64,000 bases of DNA from Eledone cirrhosa (lineage: Eukaryota): the NCBI GenBank assembly GCA_964016885.1, contig OZ024750.1, positions 52,762,001-52,826,000 on the forward strand. The letters are read 5' to 3'. The position numbers were made by a program, and so were the translations under genes. The notes under the pieces are model-generated. The model saw only the letters and a list, made by a program, of their open reading frames with translations, ran no database searches and had not been told where the DNA came from. Numbering within the stretch: position 1 is the stretch's first letter; each line of letters opens with the position of its first letter. Shown one piece after another: positions 38,901 to 54,069 of this stretch.

Positions 38901-39352
38901 AATACTGATGCATGTATATATTGCACTGCCCTGTCCAGAAATCAAACCTACAGTGATATGATTGTGAATCCAACACCCTAACCATTAGGTCAAGAGCTTT
39001 CACAAGCTTTGCTGTTGGCCTGTCAATATAAATCCTACATCAGTATGGGGTAGGTAGGTTAGGTTAAACAATTCCTTACCAAAATACTGATTGAGTATTG
39101 ATTGACTATCAGAGAATGTCTTGTGAAATTGTGTCTTGGAGAGAAGAGGAAATGGCTTTATCTCCCTCAACAAGGGAAGAATGAAGATCAAAATAATCCA
39201 TAGACATCTTGATGAGTTTATTGATTATCTCACTAACTATTGTTCTGTCCTGGATTTATTTAATCCATCAGATTTCTCTCACTCACTCAGTCTTAGTATC
39301 AAGATGAAGATATGAATGTTAACTTCTGAGAGAGAGAACATCAATAGAAACA

Positions 39353-39395
<43 letters not shown>

Positions 39396-39396
39396 G

Positions 39397-40107
39397 TTGT
39401 TTCGGCCTGGATGGTGTGGCACCAACACAACTTTACATAGAACGGGGTGGCGTGGATGGGGTGGGGGTGTTGGGACGGGGGGGGGGGGGTATTTTGTTAG
39501 AGATGCCTACTGGTTGTAGTAGGTTTTACTATGTATTTAGGTAAGGCGGGTCTTCTCTGTTACTGAGTACCGCCAAAGGTCTCGGTCCAGTGACATTGTC
39601 TTGGAGAGGTGTAAGTGTGTGAGGTCAGAGTTTATCAGCTCGTCCCAGGTTTTTCTAGGTCTGCCTATTCCGTGGCTACCGTCTATCTTTATTGCCCTGC
39701 ACTTTGTTATACAGCTATCGACTTTCATGCGCATCACGTGTCCATACCAACGTAGCCTTCTCTCGAGTAAACAACATCTGATCCCTCTTATTTCTAATTT
39801 TTTCCTTAGTTTGTTTATGCTTTGCCGTTCACATCCAGGCCAAAACTAATGAGATCGTGTAGGTGTCACGACAAAAAAACACACAGTCCACGCTGTAATG
39901 TGGCCGTGTAGGCAACACGGTAAAAACCTCCCAGACCCACACTGTAAATGTGGTTGGTGTTAGGAAGGGCATCCAACTGTAGAAAACCTGCCAGACAGTC
40001 CTATGCGAGCAAGACAATCACTCTTGCCTCAAGTGGGACTACCCCCGTCCAAACCCATGCAAGCGTGGAACACGGACGTTAAACGTTGATGATGATGATG
40101 ATGATGA

Positions 40108-40108
<1 letters not shown>
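39397..40108 (+). mobile_element. RTE LINE 3' end with 5' inversion
   Basis: 39397-39830 is antisense ORF end plus UTR; 39832-40108 is the sense distal UTR and (GAT)n tail. Confidence 0.85.
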
Positions 40109-40961
<853 letters not shown>

Positions 40962-41628
40962 CAGTTCACCAGTTGGTGCTACTGGTAACATGTATCCCAG
41001 TACAACCTGCCTCATGGTCGGGTCGTTGGCGACTAAAGTGGCAACCCCACTAAGGTTTCTTGGTGAGGAGGGTGACTTTGGACATCCAGCAGGACTAAAA
41101 ACAAAACCTGTCAAAGGGCAAAGGAGCTCTTAAGAGTCAATGGCCATCCAAAATCACCGGGAGAGATGACCCCTTAGCCTTTGTCAAGGCAGAATTCTAG
41201 GAGAAGGAAAACTCTGATATAACACCTGCAACCCTGATGGTATCCAATGATGTTGACTTGTTCTTCTTTTTGGTAAATATCATCTTGGTTAAGAGAGTGG
41301 GACTGGCTTTGTGCAGTGCCTTTGCTCACTATAAAAGCTTAACGGCAGAGGCATTGCTTTATATCTGGAGATCTCTCTGCACTTGTCATCACATGGTACC
41401 ATGGGCCCAGCACTATGTGTCAATATTTGTCACAAGTGTAGTGTTTGTACCAGAGTTTTCAAGTCGCTGGCTGGACTAAAAAGTCACACTCGTTCAGCGC
41501 ATCGGTAGGGGTTCTCCTACATGGATATAAAGTAGTGGCCGTACTTGAAAATATATATACATATATACATACATACATATATATATATACATACATACCT
41601 ATACATACATACATACATACATATATAT

Positions 41629-41683
41629 ATGATGGCTGCCCCCTCGTTATCGAGTATGGCCATTGCACAATAAAAAAAAAAAA

Positions 41684-41735
<52 letters not shown>

Positions 41736-41817
41736 GCAATAATAATAATAATAACGACAACAACAATAATAATATACATATTCATATATATATACACACA
41801 CACGCACGCACATAAGC

Positions 41818-41855
<38 letters not shown>

Positions 41856-44800
41856 GATAGCAACTAACAGTGCTGCGATCGAATGTGGCTTTTTAGCCCA
41901 GCCAATGATCTAAAATGTCTTGCACAGAGTCGGCAACCAAAACATTTACTGGGAATAGTCGGCTGTGGTTGGAGTTCGTGTACTTTTGCATGTCGCTTGA
42001 GTCCTCCTGCTGATTTACATTCTCTACCACATGTTTGGCAAGCATGATGAGTAGCATCTCCAACAGCAGCCTGGTAGTCAACCACTGGTCTTACTTTATG
42101 ACTGCGAAGATGACTTTCGAGTCCAGCTTTGCTTAGGCAGAGTCTCGCACAGACGCTGCATGTCAGAAACATAGGAGGACCCTCGCCGTCTGGAAGTGCA
42201 ACAGCAATACCCTTCCTCACGTCCCGCTTTACTTTCTCGTGTGCGATTCGAGATGCCTCAAAGGCAACTTTTCCCTCATATACAGTCTTTCTCCATTTAT
42301 TACGATCAGCAGCAATATTTTCCCATGTATCAGCAGAGATGTTAGCGTCTTTCAGAGAGGCCTTCAAGGAATCCTTATACCTCTTTTTTGGTTTATGTGG
42401 CGGTCGTTTTCCTTTAACCAACTCTCCATAGAAGAGTTGTTTTGGGAAGAGTTGTTTTGGTATTCTAGAATCCTTCATCCTGGCAAGGTGACCACTCCAA
42501 CGGAGTCGCTGCTTAAGCACAAGAGCTTCTATACTGTCACACATAGAGCTTTCCAAAATCTCGACATCACTGATGTGGTCCCTCCAGCGAACGCCATGTA
42601 TCCGTCTGAGACACATCTGATGGAAACGCTCCAATTGCTTAAGGTGGCGTCGATATGTGACCCAGGTCTCGCAGGCATAAAGAAGACAAGAGAGTACACA
42701 TGCCCTGTACACCCTTACCTTTGTCCTCCTGCATATGTCTCGCCGACCCCAGAGTCGCCTTTCTAGCTTTCCGAAAGCATCACTTGCTTTCCTAATCCTA
42801 AGTGAGATTTCACCGTCAAGGTTGCCGTATCGATTGACAGTGCTTCCCAGGTAGACAAACTGATCAACCACTCCAAGTCGTTTGCCATACACATAGACGT
42901 TTGGTTCAGTGTACTGCCTACCAGGTGCAGGTTGGTACATGACGACGGTTTTCTTGAGACTGACAGTCAAACCCAGGGCAGTGCAAGCGTCAGAAAATAC
43001 ATTCAAAATGTGCTGCATATCACTCTCTGTGTGCGCTACAAGATCGCAATCATCTGCATACAAGAGGTCTCTTATGACTGATCTAAATACTTTTGTCTTC
43101 GCAGCAAAGCGCCTGATGTTAAATATGCTGCCTGAGGTTCGATATCGGATGTAAACACCATGCTCGCAATTCCTGAATGCAATACAGAAAACCATTGCAA
43201 AGTATATGGCAAACAGGGTCGGTGCTGGAATATCCCCCCTGTTTCACTCCATTTTTTACTGAGATAGGCTCCGACATGTTACCCTCCGACATTAACCCAA
43301 GCCTTCATGTCGTCATGGAAAGACCTAACTAAAGCAAGGAACTTATCAGGGCAACCAAGTTTCTGGAGAACCTTCCATAATGCATCTCTGTTGACAGTAT
43401 CGAAAGCCTTTGTCAGATCGACAAAAACCTGATACAGATCCAAGCCCTGTTCAATGCACTTCTCCTGGAGCTGTCTAGCTGAGAAGATCATATCAGTAGT
43501 GCCGCGTCCAACACGAAAACCAGATTGACTTTCAGGAAGGACACAATCTGCAATGTGTGTCAGCAGACGGTCCAGAAGCACCCTACATAAAACTTTCCCC
43601 ACGACAGAAAGCAATGATATACCTCTGTAGTTCCCACAATCATTCCTGTTACCCTTTCCCTTGTACAAGACCACCATTACCGCATCTCTCAGTCCTCAGG
43701 CACGGATTCATTAGCCCATATCCTTCCAAACAGAGAGTGAAGATGTTGCAGGAGTCTCTCACCACCATATTGTAGGAGCTCAGCATGTATGCCATCCATA
43801 CCTGGAGATCTTCCACTGTTCAGCTTCGAAATAGCCACTGCAACCTCCACAAGTGTCGGAGGTTCTGCGAGAGCTCTTTCACAGGACTTTCCGGAATGAG
43901 ATTGAGGAAATCTTCACTGACGACAGACGGCTGATTCAAAAGATCATCAAAGTGCTCTCGCCACCTTCGTAGAATTCCCTGTGAGTCACGAAGAAGTTCT
44001 TTGCCATCCCTGCTGCGAATCGGTGTCACCAGAGAAGAAGACGGTCCATAAACCTCACGCAAGAGACTGTACAACAGCTTTGTGTTATTGCAATCAGACG
44101 CAGTTTGTATCTCACCAGCCTTCTCACTCCACACTGATCCTTCATCTGAGAAAGACTCCGCCTAACACGTGATTTTACATCCCTGAGCTCCTCATGCAAC
44201 GTATTCCTCTCCCGTGGTTTTGCCGTCAAGTAGCGTGACAGAGCGCGCCTCTTATCAGCCAACAAGTCATCTATATGCACATCTTTCTCATTAAACCAGT
44301 CCTGATGTTTTCTCTGCACCAATCCCAGAACACGTCTGCCTACATCATAAACCGACTTTTTAAGGGTCGGCCAATCCTCACCAAGATCTGCAGCCTGCAT
44401 CTCTTCTTCCAATGTCCTCTTCACATTTTTTATCCTTAAGACGAGCAGCATTCAATCTTTTGGGCAGGGTAACACCAGGAGCCCGGATTTTACGTTTGGT
44501 GATTAGATTCACTTTTGCGCGTACCAGGCGGTGGTCCGTCCAGCACTCAGCTCCACGAAGAACACGAACACACTGCACATCCTGTCTGTCACGCATCCTG
44601 ACTAGGACGTAGTCCAAAAGATGCCATTCCTTAGATGCAGGATGCATCCATGTGGTCTTGAATTTGTTCTTTTGTTGGAACATGGTGTTGGTAACACACA
44701 GATCCAGCTCCTCACACACCTGCAGCAAGAGCATACCATTGCTGTTACACTTTCCCACCCCATGCCTTCCGATTACATTCCATGTGTTAAAATCCCTACC

Positions 44801-45178
44801 CACTCTAGCATTAAAGTCACCAAGCACGATGACTTTGTCTGCCTGAGGGATATTTCTTAAAACACCTTTCAAGCATGGTAAAAGGACAGTTTTTCTTCAT
44901 CGACAGAATCATAGTTGGAGCAATACACACTCACCAGGGTAGCATATCTTCCCTTGTCCAGCGGAACTCTCATGGACATAAGACGCTCACTAATCCCCAC
45001 TGGGAATTCTTCTAATTTATTTCACCAGTACAGTCTTAACAGCAAATCCCACCCCAGCCTCTCTTCTGGTTCCTTCATCTCTTCCTTTCCAGAAGAATGT
45101 ATATTCTCCACAAAATTCCGTAAGATGACCATCTCCAGCTAACCTCGTCTCAGACAAAGCCACGATGTCAGGATCGTA
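41629..45178 (-). mobile_element. Nearly full-length RTE (BovB-like) LINE: APE endonuclease + RT + three C2H2 fingers, frameshifted
   Basis: [19 protein letters not shown] and TDHRLV (APE); GNYRGISLL, FVDLTKAFDTV and LLYADD (RT); three CxxC..HxxxH fingers; 3' end CGAGGGGGCAGCCATC. Confidence 0.92.
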
Positions 45179-45256
45179 ACATATATATATATATATATAC
45201 ATACATACATACATATATATACATACATATATACATACATACATATATATACATAC

Positions 45257-45291
<35 letters not shown>

Positions 45292-45355
45292 CATATATAT
45301 ACATACATATATATACATATAATATACATACATATATATACATATATATTCATAC

Positions 45356-45388
<33 letters not shown>

Positions 45389-45680
45389 CATATATATTCA
45401 TACATACATATATATATATATATATACATACATACATACATATATATATACAGACGTACATATATATATACAGACATACATATATATATACAGACGTACA
45501 TATATATATACAGACATACATATATATATACAGACATACATATATATATACATACATATACATACATACATACATATATATATAATTATATATATACATA
45601 CATACATATATATACATACATACATATACATATATATTCATACATACATACATATATATACATATATATTCATACATACA

Positions 45681-45711
<31 letters not shown>

Positions 45712-45862
45712 CATACATACATACATATATATACACACATACATACATATACATACATATATATATACAGACGTACATATATATATACAGGCGTACATAT
45801 ATATATACAGACATACATATAATATATAGACATACATACATATATATATATATATACACATA

Positions 45863-45926
<64 letters not shown>

Positions 45927-46462
45927 CATATAGTATATATATATGTCTAAGTCTAATGCGGGTAAAATTCCCGAGATCCATGGACGAGTTCTCTCCAGCG
46001 GGTCTCTGTCCCTCATTATCGCTGCCATATCCTGCATCTCAACAGACCAGTGTCTGTCCTTAGGGCATCAACATATGTTAACCTTGGTCTTCCTCTTCTA
46101 TATATACATAAACATATATAACATATACATATAGTACATATATATATATGCATATACATAAATATACATATATATATGCATATACATATATATATATATA
46201 TATATTACATATATATATATGCATATACATATATATATATATACATATATATATAATATATATACATATATATATATTATATATGCATATACATATATAT
46301 ATATATATATATACATATATATATGCATATACATATATATATATATATATATACATATATATATGCATATACATATATATATTATATATATATATATACA
46401 TATATATATGCATTTACATATATATATATATATATATACATATATATATGCATATACATATA

Positions 46463-46496
<34 letters not shown>

Positions 46497-46544
46497 GTAT
46501 ATACATATATATATATACATATACATATATATATGCATATACAG

Positions 46545-46583
<39 letters not shown>

Positions 46584-46623
46584 CATATATATATACACAT
46601 ATACATATATATATGCATATACA

Positions 46624-46663
<40 letters not shown>

Positions 46664-46720
46664 CATATATATATACATATATATATATATACATATACAT
46701 ATATATATATATACATATAC

Positions 46721-46809
<89 letters not shown>

Positions 46810-46865
46810 CATATATACATATATATATATACATATATATATACATATATATATACACATATTTA

Positions 46866-46915
<50 letters not shown>

Positions 46916-46922
46916 TATATGC

Positions 46923-46993
<71 letters not shown>

Positions 46994-47000
46994 TATATGC

Positions 47001-47071
<71 letters not shown>

Positions 47072-47108
47072 TATATGCATATACATATATATATATATAT
47101 ATATATAC

Positions 47109-47143
<35 letters not shown>

Positions 47144-47192
47144 CATATATATATGCATATACATATATATATGCATATACATATATATATGC

Positions 47193-47242
<50 letters not shown>
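45179..47242. repeat. (TA)/(CATA)-rich microsatellite with a short RTE-type 3' fragment at ~45945-46097 (-)
   Basis: Direct inspection; the insert reads [17 protein letters not shown] and ends in a TTAGAC repeat. Confidence 0.9.
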
Positions 47243-47244
<2 letters not shown>

Positions 47245-48691
47245 CGAAGGAAAAGTGGTAAGTAACCAGGTGGACCATAACGCACCAAAGTACTCAATAC
47301 TTAGGGTAGTAGAGTGGGTAATAGGAACAAGTAAGACCCCGACGCCTGATGTCCACTTTAGTTACTAGCAACAGTTGGATAGGTTTACATAGACCAAGTC
47401 AGTACTGCAGCAGAGCCACTGACCTCACAGACAGGCAGAGGGGTCTACATCCTCCTTATGTACAGTCATAAGTTCTCTGAAATGCAGCGTCTAGTGTGTT
47501 TCTTGTGTAGATCACATACATTTACTCCTTAGCACGTACGTGCCACCACATTTTTTATGATAGCAGCATTAAAATGACAATACATCCCCTAGCACTCCAT
47601 TACAGAAATATCAAATTCTAATTGCATGCAGACAGCCCCCACAACCCCCTTGGAACATACGTACGTACCCAAGACAAACATAGGCCCATTACATTGCATA
47701 ATAAATAGTAATTACCCACCCTACCTATTCCACTATAAATACATGAAATATAATCACCACCACAAACTCCATAGTACCACGAAATGTAGATATCTTAAGT
47801 ACATCAAATCTACTAAGGGTAATTCAAGGTGACTTAAGTATTAGCGTAGTTATAGTAAATAAACTTGAGCCAAGATATTACTTTAATAGTAATGGCTAGT
47901 AGGCTAAACATGTAAACTCTGGATCTTTTCATCATGCTAAACACGTTTATTTTATTATAGATTTAATTGATGCAATCGTTATCTATGTTTTCTTTTAAAA
48001 TATATCTGTGCAAAGTTTAGTTTTTAAAATATAAAATATTAACAAAGTCCAGTGTGTTTCTTATTTAAATAATATCCAATATCGTCAATTTAGTCAACCT
48101 TGTAACAATAACATCTATCAAGTCTTAAGTGTGTGTTGATGAAAAGAAATAAGTTGTCAGATATATTTCTCATTTGGTCAACTAGGACTATTCTTTGATT
48201 AGGGTGATCTGGTGCCAGGACTGACACCAATTCTATAGACCTGTAGTCTGAAGGTCACGATAACCAGGGGCAGATATACACATACACACACCCTAATATA
48301 TTTTCTCGATAAATACAATTCCATCCTCTCTTCACAATTACTCTATCTCAAGTTGACCAGGCAGATACACTCAGACACACACAGACACATACATACATAT
48401 AAACACTCACTAAGCCAGATATCTACATACACAATCACTCCGTAATCATATACAAATATTAACACTTATAAGAAGAGAATTTACAATTGGATTAACAATG
48501 TATGCCCTTATTTGGACAAACAACTCCTCCTGATGAGACAACCAGTTACCCTTTGGCAATCAGTCTGAAACAGAAAGAGTTCAGCCATCAGAGACCCCTA
48601 ACTCTTTACAATATAACCACACTCTACCGCTCCAAGTATCGAGTACTCTGATGAGTAATGATCTAACTAGTTTCAAACTGAATCCTTCCTG

Positions 48692-48734
<43 letters not shown>

Positions 48735-48769
48735 TAAGAATGGTTCTCTGAAGAGGAATGGAAGAGATC

Positions 48770-49540
48770 CACAGCTAAATAAGAACGGGATGGAAGAAGT
48801 TTAAGGAGCTACTGCCACTACTAGCTGCAAAAGGCTTTTCCCTTAAAATGAAAGGCAGACGGCAAGATGCATGCATATGAACAGCAATGTTACATGGTGG
48901 TGAGACCTGAGTATGGTGTGTAGAAGACTTGCATGCTCTGATGGATATGTAATAATATACGCGATGGATAATAATATACGCAAACGGCAAAGCATAAACA
49001 AATTGAGAGAGAGGCAGAGCATAAGAGGAATCAAATGCTGTGTGCAGGAAAGGAGGTTGTGTTGGTATGGACATGTGATGCGTTTGAAGGATGACAGCTG
49101 CATAAAAGGTGCAGAGCACTAGAAGTCGATGGAAGCCGCAGAGTGGGGAGACCCAAGAAAACCTGGGATGAGGCGATAAAAGGCGACCTTACCCAATTGC
49201 ACCTCTCAAAGGCGATGACATACGACCATGACTTCTGGTGTCAAACAGTAATACAGAAGACCCGACTACAAGCCGAAGCTGAAGCATATAGACAATATGC
49301 CACCACCCCTTCCCACTGCAAAGTGGTTGTGGAGGTGCCACAACAAAATAGCACCCAGCCCACACTGTAAAGTGGACATGTAGGTGCCATGGAAAAAACG
49401 CACCCAGCACTCACTGTAAATGAGGTTGGTGATAGGAAGGGCATCCAACTGTAGAAATCAAGCTTGAATCAGTTCCCGTATGAACAAGACAAGGACACCC
49501 CGCCTGGAATGGACGTAAAACGGTCATGACGATGATGATA
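48770..49540 (+). mobile_element. RTE LINE 3' fragment whose UTR matches the SINE 3' half
   Basis: ERRLCWYGHVMR..GRPKKTWDE, then a UTR shared with the SINE copies. Confidence 0.85.
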
Positions 49541-49567
49541 TATCTATATATATATATATATACATAT

Positions 49568-50615
49568 ATCATCATCATCGTTTAACGTCCATCTTCCACG
49601 CTAGCATGGGTTAGACGGTTTTGTTCATTTGATGCGGGAATGGTCGGGAGACCATGTCTCGCTTGTATGGAAGTGTCTCTGGTAGGTTTTTTTTTTACTG
49701 CTGGATGCCCTTCCTAACACCAACCAAATTTACAGTGTGGACTGGGAGCCTTTTCACCGTGTCTCCTACACGGCCACCTTACAGTGTGGACTGTTGTGTC
49801 ATCGACACAGTGGACGAAACAGGAGAGGGAGGATGGGGTAGGGTGTGGAGGTGGGGTGTACATTGGGTTAACAGGTGCCTACTGACTGTAGGTTTGTATG
49901 CAATGGTAGTCGGGTCTTCTGTATTACTACATGGCACCAAAGGTCTCGATCCAGTGTCATTGTCTTAGAGAGATGTAGGTGGGCAAGGTCACTTTTTATC
50001 ACCTCGTCCCAGGTTTTTCTTGGTCTACCCACTCCGCAGCTTCCATCAATGTTCATTGCCCTGCACTTTTTTATGCAGCTGTCGTCCTTCATACGCATCA
50101 CATGTCCATAACAATGCAATCTCCTCTCCAGAACACAACATTTGATACCTCTTATGCTTAGTTTCCATCTTTCGCGCACATTACTATTACACATCCAACG
50201 GTGCATGCAAGCTTCATTTCCTTCTAATCTGCGCAGGTCTTCAGCACACAATGCCCATGTCTCACTGCCATGTAACATTGCTGTCCATATACAGGCATCA
50301 TACAATCTGCCTTTCATTTTTAGAGAGAAACCTTTAGTGGCCAACAGCGGTATAAGCTCTCTGAACTTTTTCCATCCTGTTCTAACTCTGGCTACTGTAC
50401 TTTCAGAGCACCCTCCACCACTGCTGATTTTGTCACCCAGGTAACGGAAAGTGTCCACTATTTCTATAGAACCATCTGGGCAATAGAAGGAGCTAGTATC
50501 CTGTGGGCACTTGCTACTTATTGTACCTGACCTTTGGCCACATATAAAATCTACATTCTTAGATAGCTTACCTGTGATCCCACTACATCTTTTATGTACC
50601 CATAGTTTGCATTTG
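49568..50615 (-). mobile_element. RTE LINE 3' fragment
   Basis: ORF 49868-50615 is homologous to the C-terminus of 54071-55936. Confidence 0.9.
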
Positions 50616-51289
50616 CGAAAAATTTTGGCCAATAAATGGAACAAGATGTGTTGTAACAAGATTGCATGAGAACTTGATTGAAGCAACCATTATATTCAGG
50701 GCTTACAAAAGTGAAGCTCTTCTCATTCTGGGGATTCTACTTATACCAAATGATAGCGAGTTGCCTTTTACATTTAAGAGACTACAGTTCCCAGTGAGGC
50801 CATGCTTTGCCATGAGCATAAATAAGAGTCAAGGTCAAACTTTCAAAACTATTGGTATAGATCTGACAAATCCAGTCATGGCATGTTTTATGTGGCTGTT
50901 TCGAGGACTGGAACTTCAAAAAATCTCTACATTTTAGCCAATCAAGAAATGTTGTTTACCCTGAAGTTCTTCATTAGGACAAAGTATGAAATATATTTTC
51001 ATTTATTTATTAAACTTTGAATTTCTAATTTGAAAATAATGCTTTATACAAAAATGAAATGATCAAGTTTTGAATTGATATTTTGAAAATAATTATTTAC
51101 AAGAAACAAGATTTAATAATGTAATTTTGATTTGATATATTACAAAAAATGTTTTCCAATGCATTACATTTTACACTGAGTAAATGCAGAATTTTTCTCC
51201 ATAAATTATATCCCTGATTTAAAATCAATCATCATTTTCTTACAAAAAAAGATGTGTGAAACGCAGCAAGGCGCGTATAATTCGGCTAG
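50616..51289 (+). mobile_element. Helitron 3' fragment (PIF1-family helicase C-terminus + CTAG end)
   Basis: LPFTFKRLQFPVRPCFAMSINKSQGQT, then frameshifted HGMFYVAVSRTG. A GC-rich subterminal hairpin (51261-51276) is followed by CTAG|T. Confidence 0.85.
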
Positions 51290-51426
51290 TATATATATAT
51301 ATCTATCTATGTATCTATCTATATCTATATATCTATATTTATATATATATATCTATATATCTATATTTATATATATCTATATCTATCTATATTTATATAT
51401 ATCTATATCTATCTATATATCTATAA

Positions 51427-53210
51427 TCATCATTTTACGTCCGCTTTTCCCTGCTTGCAAGGGTGGGACGGGTCTTATTCAGCACAGCATCTCTCCACTT
51501 GTCATGGTCCTTCGTCCTCTCCAATGTGAGCTTCAGCGATCGGAGGTCTGTTCTCACCACCTCCGCCAATATTTTTCGTGGTCTACCGCTACTGCGTCTT
51601 CCTTCAACTGGCATTTTCTGGCACTTCTTCACCCATCGGTCATCCTCCATGCGCATCACATGTCCATACCACCCCAGTCTCCTCTCTTGCAAACTACATT
51701 CTATCCCTCTCGGACACAGTTTCTCTCTCAACACATTAATGCTGGGTCGTTCACGCACATTAACATTGCACATCCAACGGAGCATGCTTGCCTCATTTCT
51801 CTCCAGCTGTCGCATATCCTCTGCAGTTGCTGCCCATGTCTCACTACCATGCAGCATTGTGCTCCTCACACAGGCATCGTTTAACCGGCCTTTCGTACGC
51901 AGGGACAAACCTTTCTTCGTCAGCAGAGGAAGCAGCTCCCTAAACTTCTTCCAACCCGTCCTTATTCTAGATACTATGGCCTCGGAACACCCCCTCCCAT
52001 GCTAATCTGATCTTCTAGGTACCGGCAGCTATCCACCACTTCTATAGTACCCGTCTGCATTTGAAAAATGTGTCTATCAATGCGACTTCTACTGTCTAAT
52101 TTCCCTGTACATCTACTGCATACATATTTCTCCCTACCTGTTAGTTTGCCTGTTATCCCACTACATCTCTTGTGTACCCAGGATCTGCATTGTGTGCATT
52201 TTATAGAATGTATGCCAGTTCCTTTTCTGCATATCGAACATGACCATTTCCCTGACGGAATCAGAGTTTTGTCCTCTTTTCTACTCATCAACACTTTTGT
52301 CTTAGCTAGGTTCACTCTCAGTCCTCTTGCTTCCAACTGCTGTTTCCATAGCCAGAATTTATTCTTTAGCTCCTCTACTGATTCTGCTATAAGAACCAGA
52401 TCGTCAGCATAGAGAAGTTCCCATGGACAGCCAGTCTTAAACTCCTCTGATATGGCTTGGAGGACTATAATGAACAAGAGCGGGCTGAGGACCGAACCTT
52501 GATGTACTCCTACTTGTATCTGGAATTCCTCACTAAACTCCATTCCTACCCTGACTTTACTGAGAGTACCTCTGTACAAAGTTGTGCACTGTCCTCACAA
52601 GCCATTCCTCAACACCTAGCTTCCTTAGGGACCACCAGATGACAGATCGGGGTACCCTATCAAAGGCCTTTTCTAGGTCAACAAAGTCTAAGTATAGTGG
52701 CTTATTCTTCTCTAAGAACCTCTCTTGTAATTGTCTCACCAAGAAGAGGGCATCTGTTGTACTCTCCCCAGGCAGAAAATCAAACTGCATCTCATCTAGT
52801 ATGACCCTTTCTCTTTTTAGTTGTGCTAATATCCTTTCTGCCACTTTCATAATCTGATCCATCAGTTTTATACCCCTATAATTGCTCCTCTCTAGAGCAT
52901 CCCCTTTACCTTTGTAGCAATTTATGAGAATACTGCTGCACCAGTCTTTGGGTATGACACCAATATAGCCTGATTGATGATGTATGCAACCAGTTTAGTG
53001 CCTATGTCCCCTGATGCCTTCAGCATCTCAGCAACTATCCCCGATGGTCTAGCAGGCTTACCATTTTTCATTTCCTTAATCACCTCTTGGACCCTATATT
53101 CGTCAATCTCAATAGCTGGATAGCTGGTCCCTCTCTCTCTCCCATTCGTTCTCCACATTCATCAGTCTCTCATAATGACATTTCCAGGCCTCTTTTTCTG
53201 ATCATTCGTG
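51427..53210 (-). mobile_element. Second, diverged RTE subfamily (RT + PHD-like finger), degenerate
   Basis: DLEKAFDRVP, GVHQGSVLSP, YADD and CSIC..CTQC..HKRC..CSRC; tail CCCACCCTTGCAAGCAGGGAAAAGCGGACGT(AAA)(ATG)n. Confidence 0.9.
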
Positions 53211-53548
53211 ACATATGTATATATATATATATATACACACACATATATATAGATGCATATACATACATATGTATATATGTATATATATAAATATATATAC
53301 ACACATCATCATCATCATCATCAGGTTTAGCGTCCGTGTTCCACGCTTGCATGGGTTTGGACGGGGGTTTTCCCACTTGAGGCAAGAGTGGTTGTCTTGC
53401 TCGCATAGGACTGTCTGGCGGGTTTTCTACAGTTGGATGCCCTTCCTAACACCAACTGTATTATGTATATATATGCATATACATATATATACATAAACAT
53501 GTATCTATATATGTATATATATATACACACATACATATATACACATAC

Positions 53549-53594
<46 letters not shown>

Positions 53595-53691
53595 ATATGC
53601 ATATACATATATATACATACACATGTATATATATATATATATATACATATACACACATACATATGCATATACATATATATACATACACATG

Positions 53692-53725
<34 letters not shown>

Positions 53726-54069
53726 TACATATGCATATACATATATATATATACATACACACACATACATATACATATACATATATATATATCCATACAT
53801 ACATATATATATATATATATATACAGATTAGAGCAAACATCACGGACGCTCTATCTCAAAATTATTTTTGAAAAGCATTAGAAATGCGCAACCGGTAAAA
53901 CTTAAAACCAAAACTGAATACTAACCAATACTATTACTAATTCTCACTTATTCCTAATTAAACTATTTTTCACTGTGAACAATTTGTCAGCATTTTCTTT
54001 TCCGTTTACCAATATATCATAACTTGTGTGTTACACCTCTATTCTTTTAAATATATATATATATATGTG

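Noticed and set aside
48522-48770. Active hammerheads (three partial CTGANGA/GAAA motifs)
   Set aside because: Each lacks the NUH site or one core box; relics at best.
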